From Botryllus schlosseri (lineage: Eukaryota), in contig CM119372.1 in the NCBI GenBank assembly GCA_051294905.1, forward strand, positions 28,460,001 through 28,524,000: a stretch of DNA of 64,000 bases. The letters are read 5' to 3'. A model generated the notes under the pieces. That model had not been told where the DNA came from and ran no database searches. It worked only from the letters and a program-made list of their open reading frames with translations. How positions within the stretch are numbered: the stretch's first letter is position 1; each line of letters begins with the position of its first letter. Below, piece by piece: positions 25,727 to 38,090 of the stretch. The translations under genes were made by a program, and so were the position numbers.

Positions 25727-27120
25727 CAGACCTAGGCAAAGTGCTGCCCGCGAAGCTATTCTGTGTGGCCCGCGAAAGGTTATTTGGAATTCAAAACATA
25801 AAACTTGCTTTTTGAATGACTAAAACCATAGGCTGTATCCACTGAGCAGGAAATTCGATTACTTTGAAGCCTGTTCATTAATATGTCACGATTACGCTGC
25901 CTACGTACCTCACATGCGTATTCCAGATTAAAAATAACGGCAATGTGGCAAAGTTTGAGTAGCAATTAAAGTCACAAGAAATCACTCTTTCCGTATAGTT
26001 GAGTTCAAACCTTCTTTGTTGCCATTGTCACATTTCGCATTATACGGTATGTGTTTCAAATTGCTACGTGATACGTTTCCAAGTCCCTAATTCGTAAAAC
26101 AAGTCAAACAGTACTCGCCATTACTATATCACTCATTATATCTATCACCCAAAATAGATGTCAAAAAAAGAAAGCCTAAAACTGAAATTCAAAGAAGGTC
26201 CAGAGCAATAAATATTTGTATACTGGAGTCAGGGGAAAACCCGTCCTTTTAGCTTTTGCCGAGGATGTCGTCGAGATTAAGGATTTTAATTAATGTGGGT
26301 CTTATGACAAAAACACGAAGCACTTAGTAAAAGGAAGGCGAATTTCAGAAAAACAGCAAGCTTCGCTCAACATCAAGGCTATATAAGCTGCACACTGCTC
26401 GGAAGGCAGCGACCGAGACAATAAGTTTTTACTATCGCATATACATTTCAGTGCAGTGGTTCTAGAAGTGGGGGGGGGGCGGGAAAGCATCTGAAGGGGC
26501 GTGCGAAGCCGCAGTTTAATGATATTTTTTCGCGCTCAGCGCGATTTACCCCCGGCTTATACTTGTTGCTCTGTGTTTTGTCCGACTTTTATCTTTCAGA
26601 ATTCTCTCATCAACAGCCATAACCTTCCATGCCAACCAACTATCCGTTGGGATTGCTATCATTCTGATCGCACTATTTAATATTTTGCGATATATCTTGA
26701 TAAGGGGCGCGAAATATTTACTATCATAAAGGGAGGCGTGCCTAAAAAAGTTTGAGAACAACTGTTTTAGAATCTTAATAGAAGAACGTGGTTAGGGGTT
26801 TAAAGAGAGTTAGAAATGTATCATGTTAACATTGTTTCGAATCATGACGGCTAATAAATATTTTTTTAATAACCGTCACTTTCTCTTTACCTAACATCAA
26901 CACATTCATTAAGCATCAGTTATTAACATCAACACATTCATTAAGCATCATTTATTAACAATGTAATTTAGAAATGAAATTACATCATCATCAGCAAGCA
27001 CTTGGCTGAGAAATGAAATTAAAACACGCTGAAAAATTTAGCTAAATTTTTTCACTCGGCCCGCCAACGTATTTTTTACTTCTCATTTGGACCGCGGAGG
27101 AAAATAATTGTCCACCCCTG
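25727..27120. mobile_element. hAT MITE containing a nested MITE at 26454-26764
   Basis: Termini CAGACCTAGGCAA / TTGTCCACCCCTG; perfect TSD TTCTAATG. Confidence 0.85.
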
Positions 27121-27326
27121 TTCTAATGCAACGCCGACAATGCCCGAATTGAAGTTGTCAAGGTTAATGGCTACAAAGATATGAGGGCCACAATTGATTT
27201 GATCATTTAATTGAACTTGACGAACATTACGGTGGGTCACTAATCCACGCCCTTACTATATGCTATGTAAAATTATTCTCATTTACCAGCAGGTACGAGT
27301 ATAGAGTACGTAAATTGAATGTTAGG

Positions 27327-27792
27327 TAGGCTTACCATACGTCCTCTTTTAAGAGGATTTGTCCTCTTTTTTGACTTTCTTGAAAGTGTCCTCGGAGGAC
27401 GCCCTTTTGTCCTCTTTTTTGAGATTTTGTCCTCTTTTTCGAAAATTTAGGAAATTGCGAGTGATATGCCGCAAATTAGCGCAGAAGTGAAGCTCCGGCG
27501 GGTATTTCGGAGGGAAAAGTGGTGATTTCAGCTCTGAGTGGAAATGAAGACCTTTTTTTTTTTTTTTTTTTTTTTTTTTAGTCATCCACCTGGTAATGTG
27601 GAGTGAAAAACGTGTTTTTGAGCTCTGAGTGGAAGTGATGACCTTTTTTTTTTTTTTTTTTATTTTTTTGTTAGTCAACCGATCATGAAGCGGGTGAAAT
27701 TTACTGTTTTTGAGAATTCTTCTCCGGTTATGCTTGACTGAAATTTTTGAAAAAGTGTCCTCTTTTTTCATTTCCGAAATATGGTAAGCCTA
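27327..27792. mobile_element. Young hAT MITE present only in duplication copy A
   Basis: TIR TAGGCTTACCATA; TSD ATGTTAGG; single empty ATGTTAGG site at 62419-62426. Confidence 0.95.
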
Positions 27793-28216
27793 ATGTTAGG
27801 CTGAACGAAATTTTGACCAATGTTAGGGCACGGAAATCATGTTGAAGGTATATATGCGTAGCAGAATTTTACTAGTAATTTGTGGAAAGCTAGGGGATAC
27901 AATCATTAGAAGTCGCGAAGAAGTTAGGTCACTTCTATAAGACTTCTCTAGCTAAAGTCAATACGGCAACATACGTTGAATTGGGACTCAATTCGGTATC
28001 ACTTTCCTTATCGCCGACCTCACTGCAATTGCAGCGATTTAAAAAGCCCAGAAAGTATAATGAGCTTAAAAGTTGCAGCAAAGATCCGATGAATGATGGA
28101 TGACTGATTCGTTGAAGAGGAAGTGTAAGAAAAGTCGCCATTGAGAATGCATTGAACTCTCGAAATTGCCATTGTGGCATTGTCGTGGAGCGCAAAGCAT
28201 AATAAGGCTATATAAG

Positions 28217-28901
28217 CAGGGCATGGTATGGTATGGTATGGCATTGAACGAAATTTCGGTATGGAATATGGAAAAATGCAAGTATGGTATGGTATGGAGA
28301 TTTCCCATGATATGTAATGCTTTTTCCATCCTTCCATACTTTTTCCATACTTTGACAGTGTTGCCAGAATCATGACTTTGATCCTACTTTCGATTTGTCA
28401 AGTTCATTGCATACCTCAGAAAATCGCTCACTGTCTATGTTCATATCTCAAATTGTGATTCATGACTCACCCACCCTGGACGATATTTATTTGAAGACAA
28501 CAAAGTTGCGCAACGCGCATATGAAGGAAAATAATATTAATAATAATTTTTCAATCTAAATATCATAAAAACGAATAATATTCGACCGCTTTCGTGTTAC
28601 AACTTGCATTTCGTTTATCGTGACTTCCACTCCGTAAACTACCTATGGAGTTGTAAAATCGTAGACTCTGACAATGTAAAAGTTACATGAACATTTTGAT
28701 CAATTTGTTGAACTTGTAAATAATTTTCTGCGCTTTGGTACGATTATCATCACGCAATGTCCATTTGACATAACCGCATTGTATTTCAAAGAAGATTGCT
28801 AAGTATGGTATGGAAAATTGCCAAGTATGGTATGGAGCGATTGGGGTGGGTATGGAGTATGGAAAATTTCCATTCCATTCCATACCATATACCATGCCCT
28901 G
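28217..28901. mobile_element. hAT MITE with (TATGG)n subterminal repeats
   Basis: TIR CAGGGCATGGTAT; degenerate TSD TATATAAG/ACTATAAG; duplicate at 62779-63491. Confidence 0.85.
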
Positions 28902-29779
28902 ACTATAAGCACCACTGTCCTATACCTTATCAAAACCATACAATACAATCTGGTATCGCTGCGTTCATACAAATCCCGGTGGATTTCCAGCGGATTTGAT
29001 TGTCGCTATTGTTCATTTTCTGGAGAATGCAGTGCAACCTGTACTCACTCTCCAATGTATGCATTTAATATCCTGTAATCGAATACCGCTATGGAACATG
29101 AGTAGGGCATTGTGATGTGAGGCGTTTCATTTAGGACTGTGTTTTGTCTCATAGGATATGCTCTTACGAGTATCTATATTCTTCGGTGTGTAATTTTTAC
29201 AATGCGTCGTTCAGTGCATTCATAATAAATTGATTTCAATACAGAATACCTTCCGAATTAGTAAAGCTGTGGTATAGAATAAAATCTGTAACGGATATGA
29301 TATGAATCGTGAATAATGTATCATGATAAACGAAATTGTGGCGTTTTCCATTCACAAGATTTTTTTTCAAATCTTATAAGACGATTCCCATTAGGTTGTA
29401 CAGTATCGTAGATGCGAGATCGCGGATGTCTTATTCAGAAATTAAATGCTTACGGAGTACGCTTACGGCAACCTGGAAGCCTTTGAGGAGCCCAAAATTT
29501 TCTCAGAGTCACAAGAACTAAAATCGACTACATTACACATCTAACTACAGTCTACACATACTATGGGTTACTGGTGGACAAAATGAACTGTGTATCAAGA
29601 GTGTTAAATGAACAAAACCCCTAAAGTAGATTTTCCCACTAAACGAAAACATTATAACGAACAGTTATTGAAAATCAGTGTAACTACCTAATCCTGATTA
29701 TAAATATTGCACATAGAATCGGCATCTCAGAAAGACGGACTTTTGATTTCGAAGCCTAACCTTTCGTGAGTATATGCCA

Positions 29780-31100
29780 TTTAACACAGCGTATCATCAC
29801 AACATTCACAGGTCAACTATGGACCGCGCCTAATTGCCTGCAGCCAATGATGTACAAGCGAGGCGCGTTATCACTTATCATATGTATAGAGTTGCGTGTG
29901 TCTTAACCTCCTCGATTCCATGAGACTAGCTCAAGGAAAACTGTGAATTATTCTACAAGGAAATACAATGTTATTTTGATGTTTAACATTGGCTACCCCA
30001 ATGGAGGTTCGACAATAACAATTAGAAATGCTTTTACACTCGGTGCTCTTCCTGGAAATAGCACTGCGGAGACGACCACGGTGGAATAGTAACATTAGGG
30101 TCGGACTAAAATTAAGACCGACGTATATGCCACTGAGGCCGAATCAATGCACGCCTTTACACATTATGCGCAAAAATGAACAATGTAACCTACTTTATAT
30201 TTCAGTGTCGTGGTAATTTTTCAGTAAAAATATCATTCTATCTGCCAAATAAATACATGACAATTCCGCCGTTGTCACAAAAACCACCATGCATTAATTT
30301 AGGCGCTGTGCACTAAAAGTCAGTATATTGAAGCGTGTCTTTCAGGTCCGACGTTACCAATAAATTTGTACCAATTTATTGTCTTTATTCCATTCGAAGG
30401 ATTGGAATGAGTCGTTACAAAGTATCATTGAGACGTGACGGTGGTGACTCATAAATTATTCGTCAAGTCAATATCTTATAAGAGAGAGGTTGTAAACTTC
30501 AGTCATCAATTTCGTTTGAACCGTGGTACAAAATTACAATAATGTGTCTCGAATATCTAGCTGAAAAGTTGGTTACGAGGGTTGAATAGGAATGATGTAA
30601 TACACTACATTACTTTCACTGTACGCGGCCATACGACCATACCGGTACATCACGTGCTGCCATGTTAAGAGTCCCCCTGTTATATGCACTAGCTCAGATG
30701 GATTGCCTGTTGATCCATAGAGTAGTATCGTATGCACATTCTGACCAATGGTGCAGAACCCGATGTGCATCATTCGGATTTTATCTCTAGGGCCAATGAC
30801 GAAATTTGAGTCTTTTATCGTGAAGCGATATTGTCGTGCTTCGGATTGACTCCTATATTTTCGCAATGCCGAACATGATACCATTTTATAGTTAATATTC
30901 AATCCGCTTCCATCTCAAATCATTACAAAAGATTTCTACAGAAGAATGCAAGCAATTTACTTTTGTTTGTCAGTTATGTACATACCGAATGCGAATGTAA
31001 GAATATATTTTTATACATGGAACGGAAAGACCTCATTTGGCCTTCGGAATCCCAACTGACGTTACACAATCGAAGGGAAGGATCTTCAATTACATCTGAT
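29780..31100 (-). pseudogene. Highly decayed hAT (Tip100-like) transposase remnant
   Basis: Degenerate minus-strand motifs (GTLNMAAR, YYI, SRRLRHT) in the expected order; no intact ORF. Confidence 0.4.
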
Positions 31101-31289
31101 ATTTTAATTCAATCTCAGTTATGGATAAACTGATGAATTCATTTGCTCTACCTGAACAATTTTTGCGAACGATTTCAGAAGGCCATAGGCATATAGAGGC
31201 TTGTCGAAATTCTAGTTTCAGATAGTTTCATGGCATGGAAGGTTAAGACTGTTGATGAGAAAAATATGAAATTCGAACTATATATAGAG

Positions 31290-32499
31290 CAGGGGTCGCC
31301 AACTCAAAATAGGTCGCGGGCCACTTTTCCAAATTCCTAGAGGCCGCGGGCCGCATGACATCAATATCGAGATAAAAGTAAGCAGCGCAGTTCAACTATA
31401 GAGATCTACAATCTCTTTAGCTCAACAACCATCGTTTGATAACTCTACGTTATTACAATGCTGTGCTCTCTAACATGGGCGACGGCTATAGTCACCTCAA
31501 AAGAGATTTTTTATTTTATTGAACAAACACAAATACAGCAAAGAGTATCATGATGATCAATTTCATTATATTTTGAACTATGAGCTGTACACGATACCTG
31601 ACAACACTCTGTAGCCGCTAAAACAGAGGTGGCTAACATTTTTGCTATTCACGGCCGCATTTCGATTACTCATGTAGCCTGCGGCCGCATACCGGTGGTT
31701 AGTCGTAATAAACTAGCTGGGGCCAAATATCCACGTTAAACTGTCCATGTCCATTGCCGGTACACTCCGAACTAATCTATCTGCGCATATCGGCTTACTA
31801 TGCGCACCGAAATCGTTAACAGTTATGTTGTAAAGAGCCACAGTAAACCGTTCTCTAGTCGCGCGAAGCGCGGAAAATTTTCATGTTCATGAGTGAATTT
31901 CGTCAATAAATATTAGTATAGTTTCACATATTACTATAAAATATTTATCCTTTGTCGGCCAATGTGATCAGATTCACCGATATAGCTGATGCAGGGGGAT
32001 ATCTTCGAAAACTTAGGGTAGTTATTAAAATTGTCTACAGCCGCATAATTTCCCTTCTACTGCCGCAGATTGGCCACCCTTGGATTAAAGAATCAATATT
32101 GGGGTTAGCTAGACACGGTAGTCTACTTGCTAGACAACTATTTCATCGTAAAGCATGGTCTTTTGGAGAGCCCGAAGTCGTTTTTCAAGCGTCTCTGTCT
32201 TGGCAGTGGTGGGCCATTGCACGTCAAGGCAATATGCCCATTCGTACCAGCAAATTCTTCATCCATGGAATGATATTACCATGCCGAAGCCGTATCAACT
32301 AGTGAGTAATAGTGATATTGGGCACATAGAATTGCTTACTTTGAAAAACAACAACATTATGTTTCAACTGAAATCCATTTCAGCGTTTCAAAATGATTTA
32401 CTAGGCGTTTTTCTGAAATTTTTCAAATCAGGTCGCGGGCCGCAAAATAGGACCTCGCGGGCCGCATGCGGCCCGCGGGCCGCGTGTTGGTGACCCCTG
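31290..32499. mobile_element. Composite hAT MITE, copy 2 (inverted relative to 20953-22135)
   Basis: TIRs; perfect TSD ATATAGAG; interrupts a CAGTGGTTCTCAAAC MITE ending at 32620. Confidence 0.9.
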
Positions 32500-33279
32500 A
32501 TATAGAGTAACAAGTATATGATTAAGACGTAAATCACGCGCAGTGCGAAAAAAATTCGGTCGACCGCTGCTTCGCGCCCGCCTTCTGATGCTTCCACGCC
32601 CCCCAGTTTGAGAACCACTGCGCCGGAGATTTCTTCGAATTTTTGAAATTATGTGCAAAAATAATTCTAATCTATAGCAAACGCTCAATAATCTAAATCG
32701 GGCGAAGTTTGTACATTTTTTGCAAATCAAAATTGCTCTCATGCCCGCAATCAATATCCCCCGCTATTCGCTTTACCCGACATATTGCGTGCCTTGCAGG
32801 CTGAATTCGGTTTTGCACAATACGTAGATTGATCGCAGAGAAGAGCAGTGATGGAGATGCCTGTGTGACAATGCAGTTTTCAAATCCTCGTTGTCTTCCT
32901 AATCACAAGCGAGAAATGAACTCCTTAAGAAGTCATGTTCATGTTCACGTTTACAAGTTCGAATTACAAACATACTCATCCAGGCATCCACATTGCGATT
33001 GTTACGTATCGTGCCGGCACCGCCGGTAAAATGTAGGCTCGGGGCGCAACGTTACGTTACAGGCGACGAATTTGAGAATTGAGAAGTAAAATTTATTAAT
33101 TCATATCAGTTAACAAATTTCCCCGCCTGTTGAGGGTATTATCCCCGTTTGTTGGAACTATAATTGAAATGCGGGTGGCTCTGCCAGTAGCACTATTGAG
33201 GTATTACTATCCTCACACGTGATATTACACGATATGCGTGGAAATGCTTTCGGCATTCTAGTATACGCCTCTACGCCTC

Positions 33280-33842
33280 CGTATTTGTTAGTGGCGATCG
33301 TGATTGGCCTCTTTGACGCCACGGTTAATTACATCGACAATGTGGTCGTGTGCAGACTTTAATGTCAAGCAAATCTTTTGAAATTAAGCGCAGCCCGAAG
33401 TTTAAACGAGATCGCAGCAGGCAAGTTATGTGGTAGCATGAGGTAATTGCTGAAAATTCAAAACCTCACACGGAAGCGGAGAAAGTTCTTCATCCGGCCT
33501 GCACTAAAATTTTGACAAAATGTCTGGGACCAAAGCTGAGGAAGAATTGAAAACGATTCCAATGTCAAATGATACCGGTCGTAGACGTATTTGTGACATG
33601 CCCGCAGAGATAAAAGATGCCCTCATTTCTTTGAAGCAGAGCAAAGCTTACTTGACTGCTCCGAAAAGGTAGAAGTACTTCGATCAGAGACGATCTCTGT
33701 ACGACTGTGGTTGCTGCTAAATATTCTGTTAGTTTGCCGGTGCTGTAGGCCGAAAAATGCTTAGAACTACTGTGCTATTGTGCCGCGAACTATTTTTCAC
33801 TTTCAAAGGTCGCAACGAGGTGAAAAGGGTTAATAACCACTG
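33280..33842 (+). mobile_element. Deleted Buster-type hAT remnant
   Basis: KPHTEAEKVLHPA and LKTIPMSNDTGRRRI in different frames; TIR GGTTAATAACCACTG. Confidence 0.75.
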
Positions 33843-34047
33843 TACCAAACTATACACGAAATTCACCTCGCGTGGTCAGTAAAAGCAAATTGATCTGCGA
33901 TAGATATGGGATCAAAAATATTTAGTAATATTTGATCCTGCTACAGCCTACCCTCGCACAGCATTAAACCCACAAATTTGAACCATGTATCTTCAGGAAA
34001 CCAACATTGACAGACAAACTCTTACGCTAGAATTCATTTACCTAGAC

Positions 34048-34167
34048 CAGACCTGGGCAAAGTGTGGCCCGCGGGCCAAATGCGACCCGTGAAGCTATTC
34101 TGTGTTGCCCACCAACGTATTTTCTACTTCTCATTCGGCCCACGGAGGAAAATAATTGCCACCCCTG
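34048..34167. mobile_element. 120-bp deletion derivative of the 25727-27120 MITE family
   Basis: Same termini; perfect TSD ACCTAGAC. Confidence 0.9.
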
Positions 34168-34379
34168 ACCTAGACGAAGAAAAATAAACCTCATGGGCAC
34201 CGTACGGATAACATACGGAGTTTAGAGCTTGACGGCATCCGCAATATCTTACTTGAATATGTCGCTGCATCGAGAGAAAATACCGCAATTCAAATAAAAA
34301 AAGTCAACAGAGCCTACCGAACGAACAACTAAAGACGTCTTTATCCATCTATCATGGATTCGTCCTATTTCCACCTGCT

Positions 34380-34750
34380 TCCAAAAGCAATTGATTTCTG
34401 CGGTCAGTGAGTGTTACGACACAGTTAAAACTATCATGATATATTCTGTTTGCGCGAAAAATTATCGAGATGACAGGTTTCGCGTCGTCAGGAAAAGGAG
34501 AAGCCGTTCGCACTTTCATATGTATGACTTGAAGTCTGTTTTTATCAAAACACGCCAACATAGTTTGTGCCAACAGCAGTACTTCGTGTATCAAGTGAAA
34601 GTAGTACACTGAAGTAAAGCGATCACTTCATATTTCGAAATTTTATGCTTATGACGTCATATTGGGTGCTAACAATTACCCCCGATGTGTGTCATCCCAA
34701 AATACCCCGCTTTATTACAATATGAATATACTATTGAATTCGGTATTGTA
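34380..34750 (+). mobile_element. Degenerate Penelope-like 3' fragment
   Basis: CAKNYRDDRFRVV...VFIKTRQHSLCQQ, homologous to 3100-3500; hammerhead core decayed at ~34675-34710. Confidence 0.8.
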
Positions 34751-35048
34751 GAACGAAGTGTCTTGGTTACTTAGATACAACGCAATAATCGTTATCCGCC
34801 TACTGTTAAACAAGCTCCTAAAATCCGGTTGGCAAAATAATACAAAAGCCCTATTGTCTACTTCGTTTTCAATGTAATGACTAACATATGGAATCTAATG
34901 GTACATATTTCCTTAATATTAGAATATAAGGCGGCATCTTACAACGAATTTCACTCGTCTGTTTTATTCGACTGCTGTGTATGGTAAAAATGTGCGCAGT
35001 AGCAATGTGTGTAATAGCAATAGTTTGAATAAAGGTTTGGCTATGTGA

Positions 35049-35055
35049 TATATAG
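35049..35055 (+). promoter_or_regulatory. Candidate TATA box of the peptide gene
   Basis: TATATAG upstream of a possible short non-coding exon (weak donor at 35093, acceptor ..CATACAG at 35403). Confidence 0.3.
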
Positions 35056-35437
35056 CTGAACTGAGTATTCAATGATAACTCAATAATTTCTGGTAGACGT
35101 TCGTTTTATATTCTTTCAATAATCTCAGAAGCTGTCGTTGTACTCTGTCACTCGGTTTGAAGTGGCATGCAGATATTTCTACTTATACTTCAAACTTGTC
35201 CAAATGCTAAATTCGTCATTAGTCGATGTTCATGTTCTTCAAGTTTATCGGTCATCAACATAGTTTACTGTCAGCATTTCTTATGGAGTGGACTATGCCG
35301 GTCCTATACATTTCACCTGCACCGTGTACATACACGACAGTGTCAATTATCTCATTCATCCCTCTATCTCCAAGACAACTCCATTGTTTTATCACGCATA
35401 CAGATAGGAGATTTGAATTTGAAAAATAACTGACGAT

Positions 35438-35523
35438 ATGAGGGGACTAGTACTTGCAACTTTTCTGGTGCTGGCTATGGTGACATCGAGCCATGCATGG
35501 CTTCATGTTCACTTTCATTTTGG
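35438..35523 (+). CDS. Plicatamide-like peptide precursor, coding exon 1 (signal peptide + WLHVHFHF-G)
   Basis: MRGLVLATFLVLAMVTSSHA|WLHVHFHF(G); hydrophobic signal with S-H-A at -3..-1; donor GG|GTAAGA, phase 2. Confidence 0.85.
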
Positions 35524-35948
35524 GTAAGATTTATCAATATACATATCTTCTATCATAATTGATCTTTGGAAACGCCTCGCACATTGCTCCAAACGCCTAC
35601 TCCATTCCATATAACAGATTTATGACATCATCAATATTGGTCGGTCGTTTAAATTCACTAACAAGCGACCCTCACGTTCCGACATAACCCATATGCGATT
35701 GCAAGATCGAGCGGAAGTTGAAAGCAAAATGAATAGGCGCTATGTTACGCTTTATTTACTCCGCTTCGTTATAAGGCCGGAAAAGATTGACCTGACTCCC
35801 CGCACTTACGATCTTAATTCTTATTAAGACACTATTACTTCAATCGAGTCGCAGTGATTCGTGACATTGGCAAAATACTTTTCCACTTTCCATAGGTGCT
35901 ATTAATGTCCACTTAATTTACTAGGGTTAATGTTTGCTTACTTTGCAG

Positions 35949-36047
35949 GGATGAAGCAGGAGAGCCTGGCGAACATGAAAAGCCGGAGGAGCACGAGGGT
36001 GAGAGGCATGAAGATGTTCATTTTCACTGGCGTCCTGCGAGTAGGAG
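35949..36047 (+). CDS. Precursor coding exon 2
   Basis: Acceptor TTACTTTGCAG, 99 nt, (G)DEAGEPGEHEKPEEHEGERHEDVHFHWRPASR(R); donor AG|GTAAGA. Confidence 0.85.
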
Positions 36048-36465
36048 GTAAGATTCAACGATATATAAATATTTGAATTGTACCATTGTACAAAGATTGT
36101 ATCGGTCGAAACATCTCGTACATTACCTTAGATGCCTCATCTATTCCTCGCACCAGATATAGTCACCGTCAATATGATTTGGTATAGGTCGCTGACGACC
36201 AACCGAGGGATCGTCAGCGCATTCTGGTAAACCAGAAGTTGAAACTAAAATCAGAGGGAGCTCTGTGACATGTTATTTGCCTTGTTCTGTTATCAGACTG
36301 GAAGAGATTGTGCTACCTCGTCTTAGAAACTCATAATTTTCATCATTGAGGCATTATCATATTAAAGGCACGCGAGTTTCGGGACAATGGCTTAATACTT
36401 TTGCGCATTCCAGATGCCAATGTGTCCACCTAATTTACGAGGGTCAATGTTTGCTTACTTTGCAG

Positions 36466-36521
36466 AGATGAAGAGGGAAAGCACGAGGAGCACGAACATG
36501 AGAGGCATGAAGATATTTCAG
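36466..36521 (+). CDS. Precursor coding exon 3
   Basis: Acceptor TTACTTTGCAG, 56 nt, (R)DEEGKHEEHEHERHEDIS(A); donor CAG|GTATTA. Confidence 0.8.
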
Positions 36522-36586
36522 GTATTATTCCATATTGTTTCTAAAGATAATGCAAATCCATCATTTTCGCTATACCCTATTCACAG

Positions 36587-36651
36587 CCATGCTGAGGGAT
36601 ATCATCCAGCAACATCGTAACGACGGGAATGCGGCAAACTCCTTTCAGTAG
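36587..36651 (+). CDS. Precursor coding exon 4 (to stop)
   Basis: 65-nt intron ending TTCACAG; (A)MLRDIIQQHRNDGNAANSFQ*; the four exons total 306 nt = 101 aa plus stop. Confidence 0.7.
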
Positions 36652-36990
36652 GAAGAATGCAGTCTTGATTTAATATCTCAAACCGGCGCAATCATCGGAT
36701 GTGATTAAGAATAGAAAAAATACATCATGTAATTCAAAGCAACGTGATATATTTGCTTCCTACCTTCGGGTGTTCTATGAAGGACTGAAATATTTCTGAA
36801 ATGGGTTATGACAGAGAGAGAGAGAAAGTATTTATTTTCATCCAACCGAAATACCCAACAAACTGGCAGCAATAACAGTGGTACAGAAAATAGGCACGTA
36901 CTGGATACGGTATTAAATAGGAATGGTCGATCCGACCTTTCATATAAACTATATAGTCTGATCCCACCCGCCTCAAACATCCCTCTACAC

Positions 36991-38090
36991 CAGGGGTGGG
37001 CAAACTACGGCCCGCGGGCCGCATGCGGCCCGCAACACCGTTCTGTGCGGCCCGCGAGAGTCTAAAAAAAGTTTTTTTTAAATATTGATAAAATGCAGTG
37101 GTTCTCAAACTTGGGAGCGTAAAAGCATCAGAAGTGGGGCGCAAAGCTGAGCTCAACTGAAAAAAATGTTCGCGCTCCGCGCGATTTACCAACAATTTCA
37201 TGATTCTTGCTCTGTATTTAGTTTGAATTTCACATTTAAAAATCTCTCATCCATAGTCGTAACCTTCCATGCCATCAAACTATCCGTTAGGTTTGCTAGC
37301 AACCTTGTTGCATTTTGTGATATGACGGTGAGGGGTCGCGAAATCTTTCATCATTACAGGGGGAGGGGGCGTATCTTAATAAGTTTGAGAACCACTGTTC
37401 TAAGGCAAATACTTCCTATATTATTTTTGATGTTTAATTTCTGGCGTGACAGCTTGATCTCAAGGCCCACACAGTTTGAAAGGTTTCAACTGCTAAACAT
37501 CACAGATATCCTAAACGAGATTGACATAATTCGGATCACGAGTAGAATTTCAGATTGGCCACTCCAGCTTTATTTATTTTAGTGATGTGCTTATAAAAAA
37601 CGATTCGCGCGTATCTTAGGTAGATTCGTTTTCTGTATGCGTAGAATTGGGGCATTTATATTTTATCTACACATAGTAAAAGCGTGTTTGAAGCTACCAT
37701 GGTTATGATTCTGTGAGCATTGTGTGTCCTGGAACTGAACCAAAAGAGAAATTAGTAAATGTATGAACAGATCGCTGCTCACAGATTTAAATTTCAATCC
37801 TGTTCTAAGAATCGGGACAACCGACTTTCATCTCTATAGTTTTGACAAATTGGTTATTGAGCTCGACCAGACTATGAAATCTCGCCACTATCTTTCTGAC
37901 GCGTGTACGATATCACCAAAGCAATGTTTGGTTTGTTTCAATTAAGCACATATATTATCTCCATGTCCTCACTATATAATCAAATACCAATATTGCGTTT
38001 TGGTTTATAGTCTCATTTTATATAGTGCGGCCCGCGAATGGATTCAGATGTTGAATGCGGCCCGTGAGCTTAAAAGTTTTCCCATCTCTG
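36991..38090. mobile_element. hAT MITE with nested MITE at 37096-37397
   Basis: CAGGGGTGGGCAAA / TTTTCCCATCTCTG; perfect TSD CTCTACAC. Confidence 0.9.

Larger units (their letters stand above)
25954..29410 (+). repeat. Segmental duplication, copy A
   Basis: Near-identical to 61086-64000, crossing several TE boundaries. Confidence 0.95.

Noticed and set aside
27349..27771. Lys-rich 140-aa ORF
   Set aside because: Arises from poly-T tracts in a MITE
27935..29078. ORFs repeated identically at 62465-63668 as conserved genes
   Set aside because: Identity is explained by the recent segmental duplication, and the ORFs cross MITE boundaries
36190..36220. CTGACGA-containing hairpin in intron 2 as a hammerhead
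   Set aside because: No GAAA/UH core; only a 9-bp inverted repeat
36414..36620. ORF-track 68-aa ORF as the gene product
   Set aside because: Reads through introns in a different frame; the spliced model explains the region better
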